From positions 62,001 to 126,000 of the forward strand of contig NMRA01000249.1 of assembly GCA_002633005.1 (NCBI GenBank): DNA of 64,000 nt, read 5' to 3'. The stretch's first letter is position 1. Each line of letters opens with the position of its first letter. Shown here one piece after another: positions 32,701 to 47,700 of this stretch. Source of the stretch: Phoronis australis (lineage: Eukaryota; Animalia; Phoronida). The notes under the pieces are model-generated. The model made no database searches. It saw only the letters and a program-made list of their open reading frames with translations, and was not told the DNA's origin. Position numbers and translations under genes: made by a program.

Positions 32701-35700
32701 TAATTACCGGAGTTAATTAATAAACTCAACATTTCCCTACGCTCTTACTGCTTTATTTTTTTTTGCAGCAGCCAAGGGGGGGGGGGCGGGCCCCCTCCCC
32801 CCCCTAAATCCGCCTATGGANTGTGTTAAGACCATGTTTGGATACAATTTTGAGAATTCTAACTCTTTGCATGACAAGAATGAGCATCAGTAAAAGTACA
32901 CGGGGCACCATATACCGTAACGTTACCAAACTAATTATCAACTAATAGCAGTTTTGTTGCGGATGAAATATTTCGCAATAAGTACGATAAGAAACAATGC
33001 AATGACTTTCTCAAGATCTGGCTTGATACATTTGTGAACGGCGAGCTGGTTTAAAAGTCCTTACCTGCACATTTGCACACAGTTTGAATGCGAGTTTTTG
33101 TCGCCGTTGTACACGTTGACTTCCAAATCTCGAATCCACGCGTTGTCCCGGTAACACCCGGGAAAACCTGCGTCATGTAAAAAGGAGACTACAGCACGTG
33201 AAGGCACTAGTGACAACAGGGATGTTGGGATGCATTCCATACAAACAAGAAACTCGAGAAAAAGCTAGGTCACAGAGGACCACTTAAAACTCAAACCTAG
33301 TGAAAAAGGAGCTCCTTACGAGTATTTTGAAAAAACGCAGTTTGTTGTCCTCTTGACCTAATTTTCTTGAAACTGTGGCTGTTCGTAAAAACTCCAAAAA
33401 ACAGACATTGTCTGGAAATTAAGTTGCCCTCAGACTTTCCAGATTAGCAAAAAAGATCTGGCCGACAGCCATTGAAGGTTTGTCTACTCAACTGGACTGT
33501 GAAACGCACTTTGAATGCAAACCTTTGTATTGTAGGCAAAATGTATGTATGGTCACTACCTGCATGTATTTTTGTTTTGTTGTAGAAAAGAAATAATCTG
33601 CTTTCCGCCAGTTCAATCTGCCTGCAGACGCACAAATGAGGAAAAACTGTTGAGTACCACATTTACTTACAGGCAGGGTTGTACACTCGCCAAACGCCTT
33701 TTGAATCGAACCCTGTTGAGACGCTGATACCATGTATGGCAAACGGCTGGTGGTCGTGGTAGGTCATCAGGACCGAGCCCGTGTTGGTTACCTACATATA
33801 TGAAGGAAAATCGACGTTTTGGACGGCTCACATTCTCGCGAAGAATGACCTAAAACTTGCCAAATTCTTAAGGCTTTTCGAATAATAATGAGTAGCTACG
33901 TTCTTGTTATTTAGTTCCAAGGCACAATTTCTTTTGTTTTAATTGACATGCTCTTACAGAGCTTTCGGGTGCAATGTTGAGCAATAGGCTAAGCGCACTG
34001 TTTGGATGGATGGTATCACTTGTCTTCTCACTGATAGTTTGGAAAATAGCAGTCGACGGTTCAACAAAATACGGCTTAAATGGAGATAGACAACGTTTAA
34101 AACTTTACGTAGAAAGTCAGTAGTTGCAATAAGCCTTTAATAGATTTTGAGACTGAAAACGGCACTTATCTGGAGGAAAGAATGAAGAACATAAATACAA
34201 TTATTACAGGATCGTTCCCTAATACAATCAAAATTATTACAGGATCGTTCCCTAATACAATCAAGTAGAAATTCGGCTTAAAAATTGTAACCCAAAAGCA
34301 TTTAAGCCACTTAAGAAAATCTGTACGCTAGTTGCGTAAGGCTCGAACTACTAATCAACATTTTTCCTCGCACAATCTCGTCTATGGAGGACAGCTTCTG
34401 TCAAATCTCACATTACTAAAGATGTCCTCCCCCTAAGTAAAGTTGTCATAGGTGAGTAATGAATTACTACGGCAATAGCCTGGGAATCAACAGCACTTGA
34501 AAATCTTGGTTTTTGAATAAATTGACGACAGTCGCGAGCTTCAGAAATTAGACCAGGTGTCAAAAGCATTAGTTTTGATGACCGACATCACAAGACACTG
34601 TCATGTTTTATAGATTTAAAATACTCGCATGTTTACAGGTGGACAAAACTCTGATTGTATATCAGTAAGATAAGAATGCACCCTAGCGTTGCTTCAAGGC
34701 TGTTTTCAACTCATAGAACAAACTGAGACTATTGACGTGCGTACCATGCGCGCACTCAGCCTTCAATATGGGGGGGCTCGAATTTCTGTCGATGTGGACC
34801 TTTAGCTGACAAAATATCGACGGGATACTACCTTCAAAACTGTAGACTGTGTGTGTGCGTCTTTTTAATGGACTTTTGTATCGTTTTCTCGGAGTTTTTG
34901 TTTCTCTGAGGACGACTCTTTCGCTAAATGGTGGGGGCTCCTTCGAGCCCCCCGAGCCTCCCTCCTTAGTGCGGGCATGAGTACTTAACAATGGTCCAAC
35001 CGCTGTGCGGAATGGAAGTTGATCAAGTCGCAAGATGGCGATCTCAGGGTATTTGCAAGTGAACTAAACGAGTTAATATTATTATTTCGCTCATTTAAGC
35101 TGGCTAAAAATGAAAATCGAATTAAAATTTTGCTGTCACAAAGCGGTATCACCCCGTGATAGATTTCCAATTCCTTTATCAACGCAGGTAACCTCGCTGA
35201 TTCCTTGCGTGCCGCTAGGTGGTAAGTAGCCAGCACGTGCTGGCTAGGCACGTAGGGGACTAGAGAGCCCAGTTAACGGTCAATGTGCGCATGCACCATT
35301 TTCGAATTCGCAACGTTAGGTTCGGTCAACCCCAATAAACTCTGAAGCGTTTCCTGAAGTCACTGATGCTTTCAATGAGCACACAAATAGAATACCACAC
35401 CGTAAGGAATACTGTGGGACCGATTTTTTGAAGTGAATGTAAAAAGCAATTCTCCTTTTCGTTTTTAGCCATCTAACGAGGCAAAATGCAGCTATCTCCG
35501 TCATGATTGCTGCAAAAATTTGTACGCGTTCAAGCTAGTTTTACCGCCGCCCGGCTACTACCGAACACCATCTGCATGGATTGGCCACACTCAATTCAAT
35601 CTCCGACCAGCGTTAATTTACCCACTGTGAGTTTTGCAAAGGCAATTCTGCATAGAAATGCGCAGTTTAGGTAATGCCTGCAAACAATTTAGACAATGGG

Positions 35701-38700
35701 AGCTATTACCGTGATAATTTAACTAAAAAGCGAACGTTTCCTAATTTTGCTGCCTTTCATCGATTCTCAACAAATTCAACAGTTTCTAGAAATTAGCCTG
35801 ATTTAAATTCTGAGGAACTTTGGCTAATCTCAGGAGAAGAGACATGACCGTAGAGGAAAATCATTACACTGGATAAGCATCTTCTGAGAAGCACTGACAG
35901 TGGAAATAAAGTCTTTGGAGACGACCTCTTTTGTCATATAGTTTAGTAAAATTCAAATCAAATTGTCACGAATTCAAACATTCTTAATATCGAACACGTT
36001 CTGTTTGGATGGCCAATACCACAAGTTTTACTTTCAAACTAATTTGACAAGGCACTAAAATAGAATTTTCTCTTGAAATTCCCGGAATCACTAGGGCCAG
36101 ATGGGATGGAGTTTACAGTGTTTTTTGGGTAAAACGATTTTTGGAGGAAATTTTATGTAAAGAATCGATGGAACTTGACGCTTAGGTAGTTGACTTTTTT
36201 GGGTGAATTGGGGGATTTCACCACTACGGCACTCCCTGGTGGCCGTACGTTGTGGCAGGAATGGCATTTTGTGGATGATTTCTAGAGAACCAGTTAACGG
36301 ATTTCAATGCAACTTGACACAAAAGTATGTGACGACAACGCGATGGTACCACTGAGTCGATTTTCATCGGATTTATCTATAATAGTATCCCCCAGTTACC
36401 ATTTTGTTCTCGACAAGAAACTCTTCAGTATTTCACTGAGGAAGAGAGTTTCTGAGTTATATTTAGAGAAGCAATTGGCGAGTTTCAACGAAAGATTGCC
36501 CAGTGTTATGCGACGGTATTACGACGGCACCATTCGATTTCGGGCCATTTTCGTTCACTCCAGCACCCCCTTGTTTCCATTTCCAACTGTTGTTGTATTG
36601 TCCAGTCGTCTGCTCAAGACATGAACCTCTGGCCAGATCTGCGTAACAACAATGAGCAGTCACCAGCCAGTGTGAAAGATCCAACCAATGCACAAATCAA
36701 AAGTGGCTATTTTTGCCTCGACAAGGTGATTTTAAGTGTTTCCGGATGATTTCTAAAATACTGGCTACCGGAGGTTAGTGAATCTTGACACAGGGGTTAT
36801 GTGAAGGCAGTGTGTCATCAGAAGCGCATTTTCTGGCCGATGCGACCCTGCAGTACCTCGAAGTGCCATTTTATCTGGTTATTCTGTTGTCTGCTCGTAG
36901 TTCTGTTGCCCGCTCGATATTGTAACTTTACGTGTCGCTCAAGGGTGTAGGGCATCACTAGAGCGGTTCATGTCGATTTTGAATCTGCCCCTGACCTGGG
37001 GGATTTTCATTATTTTTGGGAAGAACATTTCTCGGAGCTGTCCAGAGAACTGAATACGGACAGATTACAATGAAACTAAACAGTCACACGGCTACGTGAT
37101 TGCAATGCTTCATGAAATATGACAGTCTGCAGCAAAATTAGCGGCGGTGTTATTGACGAGGATTACTGTTTGGATGAAGAGCGTTATATATAGGAAAGCG
37201 ATAGGCGGATTCTTATGAAAATTTGACGGAGTCGTGCGACGGCAACGCGGTGGTACCTGCAGATTCTCGAGTAGACATGACTACTGCAGCACTCCCTAGT
37301 AGCACTTCCATTTTGAAGATGTTGACAGCTACTAGTTTTGAACAGATTCCAAAATTTGATATGTCGGTAATGCCATTATTTTTCAATCTTTGTATCTGTC
37401 AAACGTCCTGATTTTCCTTTGTGAAAAGAAGTAAACTAAACATGCTAATTTTGAATGCACAGTAATGTGTACCTTTGTGTTAGGTTTTATTAATTTATTT
37501 CACATGTTGAAAACTGTTTGATTTGCCGTTAGTTATCGCTTGTGGTCAAATTGATGTCTCCTGTGCTTTACAGGACTAGCACCTCAAGACACGCAGTATG
37601 TGCAATGCGCTGTGGGAGCATATCAATGCTTTGCGTTATTCTTGTTTATAAATTTCTTCTATTCCACTGCTCGATTTTCAGAATTAGTCAAATTCAATTC
37701 AGCTTTCTTGGAAATGTATAGGTTTGAATAAGGACGCATTTTAGTTTTATAGAATAGAGGTTTGGGATATCGAAAACACCAAATCAAAACTGCATCCACC
37801 GCACAATGGTCACACAAATGGTTTATAAACATCCTGTGGCCTACTTTTTAATTCCGCACAGTTTTTGATTTTTTACCGTAAAATAAAATTATCTATAAAC
37901 AAGGTCAATAGTCATACCTTAATTCTGTCCATACACTCTTACATTTTTTCAACTTATGATGTTTGTTCCATTAAGGAACACTTCCACAAAGGTAGATGCA
38001 ATCTTTTGAACATTCACATGAAGATTTCCATTGTTCTAAAGCTTTTAGGCCTTAGTTAAATGTTATTACCATTACCAGTGAACAACTTTTGCAAAATGAA
38101 AATGGTTAAATTTCCAAAACGTTTTTATCAATACAGCAAAGATACATTCAACTTTGCCTTTGTTGCAGATTTTCTTACCCAAAGGTGTATTTTCCGGAAC
38201 GTACTACCTCATTCGCAGTTCCACAACTGATTTTCCTCTGGCTCAGAACTACACATATTCGCCAATCGCATTTAATGGGGAGCAATACAAAAAATAACTG
38301 AGTGTGCAACCATTGATGGGCACCTAATTTCGTGGTTTTTAATTTCTATTCCATGCCCTTGTGCATAAATGACAACAACATCCACCTACATACGTATGAG
38401 TTGCACAAAAAATGGCAATCAAGTAAACGTTCCAAAATAAATTACCGTTATCGTACCACCATCCAACAACACATCAAATGATTTGAATTTGCGGCAATTA
38501 AGATGTCCGCCAGAAAGTGACGCCAGGTCGACGTCCTGTTGTTTTCTCTTTCTTATGGCCGAATATGTGTTGTTCCTTTCTCCAATTACTATTTCGTAAA
38601 TCTCATTGCCGTTCATCAAGTCGATGTGCGCGTCTTTGCACGCCAACAAGTCAACGCGTATGCTACGTAAATACGTGCAATGGAAGAAATGCACCGGGAC

Positions 38701-41700
38701 TTTGTAGCTCTCTTTCGATGTTCTGATGGATTGGTAGTTCTCTGTAAAAATGTATCAAAAATTTTCAGTATTCATTTTATCGGTAAACGACTACTGTGCA
38801 AACATAAAAGCGCAACATGACGACTAAAACCAGGTAATGAACACCGAACCTAATTTACCTTAATTTACCGAGTGAAGACAAGTTGGACACGTCAACATGT
38901 CAATGGTGGAGTTTACGGGAGTGGTAAAAGAATGGTTGAATTGAATTAATTTTGGAAAATTACTTAACTTTTACAAACCTGTGCTACTCAGAGTAAGTCA
39001 AAGTTTCAAAATCTTTTACCAGCATATTCTAAGCCTCCTAGAAGGAAGAAGGTCACTGAGATCGACAAAACATTTTAAAATTCAAGGAGGCGTGTATTTG
39101 TCAAGGTGCTGATTTTCTATGAAAACGTCTTTAAGATTGAAAATATGCTGGCTCACGTGATGACAAGTTTAATGAAGGTGAATAAAGCCTTGGTTTTTGA
39201 CTAACTTTCTACGGCAATGTCCGTTTCGGGAAACTCTACAAACTTTGATAAATTTACACTGATACTCGAAAAGAAGGAACATGGACCTGCATGTACAATC
39301 GTGCAATTTCTTGAAATTAGGCCCACGCTAGCAAATTCGGATGCCTGTTTGCAGAAAGTTCCCTGTAAAAATCTTTGGAATTATCAGAGGGTCGTTCTAT
39401 AGTCGGCTAATCAGTTTTACCAGTTCAGCATTGAATTCAAATCAATGTTTCCAACTCCATGTAATCCTCGAAGACAATTTCCTCGGAATAACTTAAAACG
39501 TAAGGTAAGTCACGGGCCTGCAACAAACAATCACAATGCGAAGGCGATTACACAGTGTACGTGGACGAACCTTATGGATTTCTTGGGAGACCCGCAACAC
39601 CCAACAGGCTTTGAAATTTGTTAAAGTCATTACAAGTTCTAACCTCCTTTAGCTTCTTAATGTACAAAGGATTCACTTGTTTTGAGATTTTTACCTAATA
39701 GAACCCCAAGACCTTTTACCCCCACAGCAGCGGTTTCTACCTGAGCCGCGTCTATCGTAAATAGCGTCAAGGCTAATGCGGCTAGTGTTGCTGCTACTAC
39801 TATTACTACTAGCGTAACTCACGTGTTGACACTAGAGCTGCTACATGTGTACTGCTATACTACAAGAACTCTTACTAGTGCTGCGCATGTTACTATCGCT
39901 ACCATTGCTTCTAAAAGCTGCTTTGGCGCACCTATGCTATCCAGCAACAGAAACTTACACATTGTACATGAACTTGTTTCCTAGCAATAAGCACTTTGCA
40001 AACAACTTACTTGTAAACACAATCCAATTCCTGTATTTTTTACTGCAGCTACGATTAAGATTATTCGTGCACTTGTTTGAACACTCTAGCTTATTCACAC
40101 GGCCATACAGCCCGTATTGGTTTCCACACCAACACTCGAAGCCGTTTTGTACGCCGGCATAGCGGTACCGACTCGAAAAGCATCCAGTTCTGCATGTATT
40201 CACAGTGGTGTGGTTCGACTTGAAAAGTAGCAACGGTAGGTCACGCAACGGAAAGTCAAGGTCCACAAAACACCCTGGCACGCTTGAAACTGGAAGGTAA
40301 AGAATGAAAATGAAAGTCACTGATTCACTTGCTCCTGGAATTTATCAATATTGTTTATATGTGAAAACAATTTCAAAATATTTCAAAAGAATGTAACGCA
40401 TGGATTCCTGACGAAAATTATGGCTGTGTATAATTGATACTATTCACATTCGTATTTGCATCCCAACAATTCTAACATTATAGAAGGAAGATGACTGCAA
40501 ACCACTTTTCTGAAGCAGGAGACGTCTTACCTTCCTTGACGGCAATGACGTAGTTCTTCCTTTTGCCGCCACACAATCTGTTGTTATCAAATTGGCATGT
40601 TTTTTTGCAGTCTGTTTCGTTGACTTTGCCATGCCTTCCATACTGTGCGCCACAAAAACAAATATCTCTACCATCGTCATTCTGAACGCCGGCGAACCAG
40701 AAATGCAGGAAACGACAATGCCCGACACATGTACTGCGTGTCACGTAAGTCAAGTTCGCCTGATGGGGCAAATCCCTGTCAGTCCTCTCGTCATTATGAC
40801 AACCAGGATCTAAGTGCACACAAACAAAAGTTCTTTTAGCGTTTGGACCGAGTGAATCAAACGTTGAAACTCCATGTCAGATACGTCGGAAATTTTTAAG
40901 ACCACAGAGATATGACAGAATAACCGGAGCGGCGTGGTTTCTGTCCAAAAGCAAGTTTTAATGTATACCACTTGCTTTTATGAAATTAGTCTTGTTACTC
41001 GTTTTGCTCATGCAGTTTAGAAGTAATTTCTGTGCTCAGGAAGAATATTTTTCATTAGTTCATCAGATCAAGCTCATGAACTTTAAGGTCACGCCTCCAA
41101 GCCCAGAAACCACATTTATTTTAAAGATACCATTTCCTTTACTTTCGCCTACTTAGAACACAGAATGAGTTTCTTTAGTCCAAATACATCGCTAAAAATT
41201 AACACTTTTCGTATATTACAACCATGTATGTACAATGTACTCCTGCTATTTTACTATTAATTTCTTTAAAAAAATTATTAAAAGTGGGCGGACCTTCAGC
41301 GAAACCTCATTATTTATGCGGCGCTGCCAACGGAGTGAATACCCATAACGCACACAAACCAGCTGACGGAAGAAAAACAAGTCGAACACAAGCGAGATGA
41401 GTTAGTTGTTCTGACAATTGTTGTCAGTAAAACACAAAGAACCAGAACGCACTAACATTTGGAAATTACAGCGTTTGGCTTTACCCTTAAACAACCAGAT
41501 TAATTTGCTCTGAATATTGGTTCTCTCAACGACTTATGTCACTATCCCGAATCAGTCGAAGTCGACGCGTCCGTGGCCACCGCGTGTGTAAACCCGAGAC
41601 CAGGTCTTTCAGTTTTAGTTAGTTTTAATGCCTTACGACTTCGTCGTCATTGTTACCTTTTCACTTGCGAGGAGATTACAGCTGTATAGACAACGAGGAG

Positions 41701-44700
41701 GCATACAATTTTTGACAATAGAAGATATCAGTTGCTTACGAGAAATAAGTTTCCAGCGTGACATTGTGGTGTTCAACTTCTTGCCTTTATCAATTTTATA
41801 ATAGAGGAATATGGCAGGGGGTAGAAACGCTTCCATGCCTACACGTCTGTGACCTTTCAAACCCCAGTCCTAGACCAGCAGATAGGAAACCTATAGTACA
41901 AATCCCTAAGCCGAGCCACGCCACCTAACTCCTCACTTGTGCCAAAAATGTTCCATACACTCACAACCAAATCCTTTGTCACACAGATTCCTCTTCGATC
42001 TCACGGTCAAGTCCCCTGTATTAGAGATTAATTGTTCTTCAGGTATAGGACATTTCTGGTTTTACGTGAGTGTAACTGCGACATGTGTAAGGGGTGCATG
42101 TTGGATTTTTTGCCATGGGTTTAATGTCTGATGGTCTTGGACTGGGATTTACTGAGAGATGCAAGCTGGCATTTTGTGTACAGATGTGATGGCCACGAAA
42201 TCGCTTTGACCTCGTGCTGTATGCACTGGCAGTGGGGAAAGGGTCCAGATTTTGAAACGGTACATTGTTGTTTTGTATAATGTAAATGCAGGTGTTTTGT
42301 ATAATGTGTCCAGGATATTCTCTTAATTAGCATTTGGTCTGTTCATTTTCTACCAGCTAACCATAACTGAAATAGCAAAATTTATAAAGAATCATTTCAT
42401 CCCAGGCAGTGTGTCTAAGAAAAAGCAGAAATGAAGAGGCCAGAGTAAGCAGTATCTTAGCAATACTTATACAAAAAGTTACTCATATTTCGGACCGGTA
42501 TCCAATTCAGGTTGTTGTGCACATTTGCGACAAGAATCAGGTTTTTGACGTAGACACTGGATCACCGAACAATTTCAATTCAGAAAAGGTTTGAGTCACG
42601 TTAGGCAAACCGGCACTATCTCCATCACACGGTCGCTATTAGGCAAAAAAATGAAAAACCATTACCAGTCTTGGGAATCTTCGTTGCATATGCAAAGTTA
42701 CAGTCCAGCAGTGCAAAGATTGAAATGGTAGTTAGCAAACATGATTTAAAGGTTGTTGGCCTAACGGCAGTTCGACAACTACGATCTGATGTCACTGCTC
42801 TCTGTAAGATTCCGGTTTTGCGCAAGGACAACCAAAGGGGCAGAATTGGTGCTCTTCATCATGAGGTCGGGAAAAGTGATGTAAGGTTTCAGCAAGCATG
42901 TAGAAACATCTGCAATGAATTTCCTTATTCAAATCCAAACTGGGCTGCTTAAAATACTTCGAATTAGACATAAAATTCAACCCTGATGCTCAACCAACAT
43001 TCTACAAACCTCGCACAGTACCTTCGCATTACTGGATGACTTGAATCAGGCGTATGAGGCTGGTGTTAAACGTGAGAGTACGGAACACCTGTTGTCCTTA
43101 TAAAAAAGCAACGCTTCCTGGACAAAGTCAATGAAAGTTAAGAGTATGTGGAGATTACTCAGTAACGATAAATCCTCAACTTGAAACTCACCGTCATCCG
43201 CTAATCCTGTCTGAAGACCTAATGCGGCTTTTAATTCACAAAAATAGATTTAGCTGATGCGTATAATCAAATTAAATGAACACCGGAAAGTCAAAGACGT
43301 CTGGCACTATCCACATATCGTGGAGTTCGACAAAAGAGGTTGCCATTTGGCATTAGTTCAGCTCCTAGTTATTTCCAGAATATTGTGGACAAATTTTCTT
43401 CTGATTTACATGGCGTGATGATATACTTATATGGTGAGCGGTCGTAACTCTGATGAACATCTACAAAACTCGCGACGTTTACTTCAACGCTTACAAGAAA
43501 ATGGCACGAGATGTCGTTTTGAGAAATGCGTTTTTGGCCAAAAGACTATAATATCTTGGTCACATGCTTTCTCATGACGGCATTAGAAAGGGAAATAATG
43601 TAGATGCTATTTTAAAGAAGCCAGCTCAATCGGATGTCCCATCTGCGTTCTTTTTTTTGGGTCGTTACAGTTCTATGGAAAATTCATTTCGAATTTAGCT
43701 ACTTTAACTGATCCTCTCAACCGTTAAACAAGTAAAGAAACGCCTTGGAGATAGGGTGCTGAGCAGAATTCAATTTGTCAAAGTTTAAAAGAAATCCTAT
43801 GTACAGACGCAGTTCTTACTCATATTCAACCTCTGCAAGAAACTCGAATTTTGATTGACACGTCCGGCATCCATCTTTTCTTGGTGTACCACACCAAAAT
43901 AAAAATCTAGTTAAAAATCTGTATCAATTTTAGTTTATTTTGAAAAAAATGTTATGTCGAAAGAGTATCATTTAGGCTTAGGTCTCGAATTAAAGTGCTT
44001 GCACATCAATCCGTTTCATGAAATTATTAACAAATATGAAGCGGAAGTAGTATCTTTAATCAAGGAACAAATTGAGACCCATTTCATCAAAAGTATAATA
44101 GAAGAGTTTTGTTGGAAAAAAATTCAGACAGAAATGCCGCCATGGGAGGCGAAGCCAATTCTTGAGTGAGACATATACGTTAGTGAAGTAATGTGTGTTG
44201 TGATACAACACAAGGAGAATATATTGTGGGGAAATTGTAAGCCTGTATGTACGTGAAGAGCGACGTGCCAGCATAGTCTAACTGGTCACATAGTCTTGGC
44301 ATCCAGTTTTTGTGAACAGCGCGATTGAGACGATGATACCTTTTCAGAATGGGGTGTTTCCTTTCACACCATGGTAGTAGATGGTTACCAACAATTTTGG
44401 TATAACATTTTGTGTAACGTCACCAGCAGTACTTCGGTCTCCGTCACTGTGTTGTCCTACACCAACCGTGAGCCGAAGTGGCCGAAAAAATCGAACATTG
44501 CTTGAGACTGAACTTGAGACGAGTGTCATGAAAAAGTGCGTGTGCGGAAGATGCAGTAACAGCAATCGGACAGACATTTTAATTTTCCTGTTATCAAAAG
44601 ATCCTAAAGACGGATCGCTCAGAAATGGCGCAGGTACAGTAAATGCGTCGGACACGACCGGTATGGCAGTACACGGCGGAGCTACCAACTGGTTCAGAGA

Positions 44701-47700
44701 CAACGTTGAAGAATCTTGCTTCCACCCGACGCAGAAACGAAGATTTGATGGTTTCTCCGACCTCTAGCCCTGGAATCCCAACTTCCGCCCGAGACTAGCT
44801 GCTAGAGTTTGTACTGTGAATTTCCTGGTGTCTGCTCATCTGAGCTTTGATCGAGTGTTGAAGGTATAAAACCAAGCCTAATTTTATTGTTTCATTTTCA
44901 TTTTGTCTGTTTTGCTCATCATGTACGTTTCCAGACAACCAGCGATTTCTCGGAAAAATTAGCTAACAGACGGGCCATTTTCACTGGTCATAGTTTTTTA
45001 CACACCGACTTGTGGCTGTGACTGGAATGCCGTGAAGTCTGGCCTCTGATATCTTTTCAGCTCCAATCTTAGAACCACGTACGGCAACCTATAAAACTAC
45101 ATGCCACGAGCGTTTTAACAAAGCATTTTTGAGTGTTTAAAGTATGATGCCATATTTTACAAAAAGAAAAGAGACATTCGGTTTCTAATTGTTTGTTCTA
45201 CAATTGTTAATGAAAAGTTTATGTCATGGGAGTGCGTTTGTATGTTTTATTACCGTTTTCTTTTGTTTCAGTAATTCATTGAGGCAATATTTACCTGTTG
45301 CCTAGATGCCGTTTTCTTTAATTCGATTTCTGAGCAGTAGTTTTGTTTGAAGCATTTAACTGTACATGTACCTGCGTAATAAAATGAAAAGTTTTCCCAG
45401 TAAAAGAATGAAATCCAATAATTTTTGTTGTTGATAGTGTACTTGTTAATTGGGGCGCTCTAAGCGAAATTGACATAGTACCACACACTATAGTAAATTC
45501 CTACGCGACATAGCCATATTTTCCCGTTCGACTAAAAAGAAGAACAAGGGGCGTTTCGTGGGTTTTACTCTGTAACAACTTTAATCAGCTAGGCCCAGTA
45601 TATTTTGTAGCTACATACATGTAATAGATGATTGCCCATTTTTATCTATCAAAAAACCTATATCTTCAAATTTCGGATAGATAGCTACGGTGGTTTATCA
45701 CATTTTTAAATGTATCATCAACGTTTACAGAAGGATGTAATGGCATCAAACGGCACGAAAGGTTCGATTCATGCATAAAGATGTATGGTTTTGGATGGAT
45801 GTCTGACTTAACTTTTCCAGCAGCTGTCGAATACATATTCTAATACCTTTGTCATTGTAGGGTAGAATTCTATGACTTATTGAAAATATTTCCCTGCTGG
45901 TTTCACTAACCATTTATATAGCATCTAATTTCTTTTTATATTACTATTATCCTCTGATATTTTTGCATTTTTGTCACACTCTTTGTTTTTAGAATTAAAA
46001 GTACTGTTTAAACCTGTCAGATATGCAAAATGATAATTATTGATGGATTACTAAATTATTTATCCTTTGCTTCTGGTATAATCATACACAATCAACAACT
46101 GATCAAAGGACTTCATAATGATATAACTCTTTTGCAAATTGGTTTAAAAACGGCTGAGTTTTGAAAAGTTTAATAGTAAATTCCATAGCAGGAACCTACA
46201 CCGTAGCAAACGAATGCAAGAAAATCAACGTATGCGCGGCGCAACCTCAACAGCGCGATATTGAAGTTGGCATTCTAGGGCTATAGTTGTAGTATGACGT
46301 TTTTGATTTCTTCATGTTGAGGTGGCGCCTGAAACATTTTAGCTGGGTTGCAAACATGACAACCATGAGCATTTTTAAATATGTAAATTGATGCTGCCAT
46401 TATTGAATGTTCTGTTTTTGCTTACGATTTCCTTACCGAGCACAAGCTAACGCAGAAAGCAAAAAAAATGTCTGCAATTCGAAGTCAAGAGACAGAAATC
46501 CGTAGTCTGCTTTAATAGATAGCAGAAAAAAACATTTTGAGAAACACAAATGACAGGGTAATTAACATTTCGCTATTCGAACTCACAAATTCTGAAAATA
46601 AAGCAAAAATCAATAAACTCATTGAGAAACGTTTTAGAGTTAGCTCTATCACATGCGTGGGTGCCTCAACAATGATAAACAATACATGTCATGGGCGGCG
46701 CAGAACTGAAAAAGTGGGGGGGGGGGTGGCTATAGCCCCCCAGCACCCCTTGTGATGCACTGCCAATAGACCATGGGCGGCACAGCACAGAAAACATGGG
46801 AGGGCTATAGCCCGCTGCCCCCTATGGTGCCACGCCCATGCATGTACCAGAGCCTTGTTACTCACAAACCCTACACGTAGTTGTCTGCTAAGTTCATTCG
46901 AAAGTAAAATATCTGACTACGAAAAGCCTTAAGTTGACTTTTCGTCTTGTGACTTTGTCTCCCGAGCAGGTTACGAATATGTCTTTTGGCTTTTAGTTGT
47001 TCACACATTTTCTAACTATTAGCCTAAACCCATTTTCTTCAAACAGACCAACTCACGTGCTAATTATTGTTTTGAGGAACTTCTCACAGGGGCCTGGAAC
47101 CGAAGTCTACTCAGTTTGTCTGTTGGACATCAACTAAAATCTGTCTGTTTCACGATAATAAGGTAAGACTGAAAGTCAGAAAATCTGTCTACAACTCGAA
47201 GTCAAAAGACAGAAATCCACAGGCTGCTAGACTAGAGAGCAGAAGTAACGTTTCGAGAATCGTAAAAGTAAAAACTTGCTATCGTAGGCTGATTTCTTTA
47301 GCTTCTACAGTACATGTATGTTTTTCATCAATTTGGAAAAAGCTGACGACTGTGTAGACGGCTGTTTAGTGAATACATAGGAACGACAGAATTGATAATA
47401 TTGTGTTTTGACAATCATCAAAACCACTCTTTTGTAAATCGATAATTAATTATGTTAATTATTTATTGATCGCTGAAAACACTAGATGTACTTAGAACAC
47501 CAAGTACATGTAATTGTCTGTAATCACATGTAGCCAAAAACTCGTCAAATTTGCATTTCTAATTAATCTATTTTTTCTTGTTTCAAATATCGAAGATGCC
47601 CTATAATGTCATCATTTACTTTTTGTGTACCTTAATTGAGCATTGATTGTCTAAACACTTTTTTCAAAAGATGTGTACATCTTAAATTCATAAAAACATT

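Noticed and set aside
33671-38741. Stand-alone farnesoic acid O-methyltransferase gene
   Set aside because: Both exons are phase-compatible with the flanking WSC exons and have no start or stop of their own; this is an internal domain.
39740-39932. Minus-strand hydrophobic stretch (SAPKQLLEAMVAIVTCAALVRVLVV*) as a TM or GPI exon of the WSC gene
   Set aside because: It lies in decayed AGT/AGC/GTA low-complexity sequence with a weak acceptor, and WSC4 splices in frame to the FAMeT-like exon without it. A minor isoform cannot be fully excluded.
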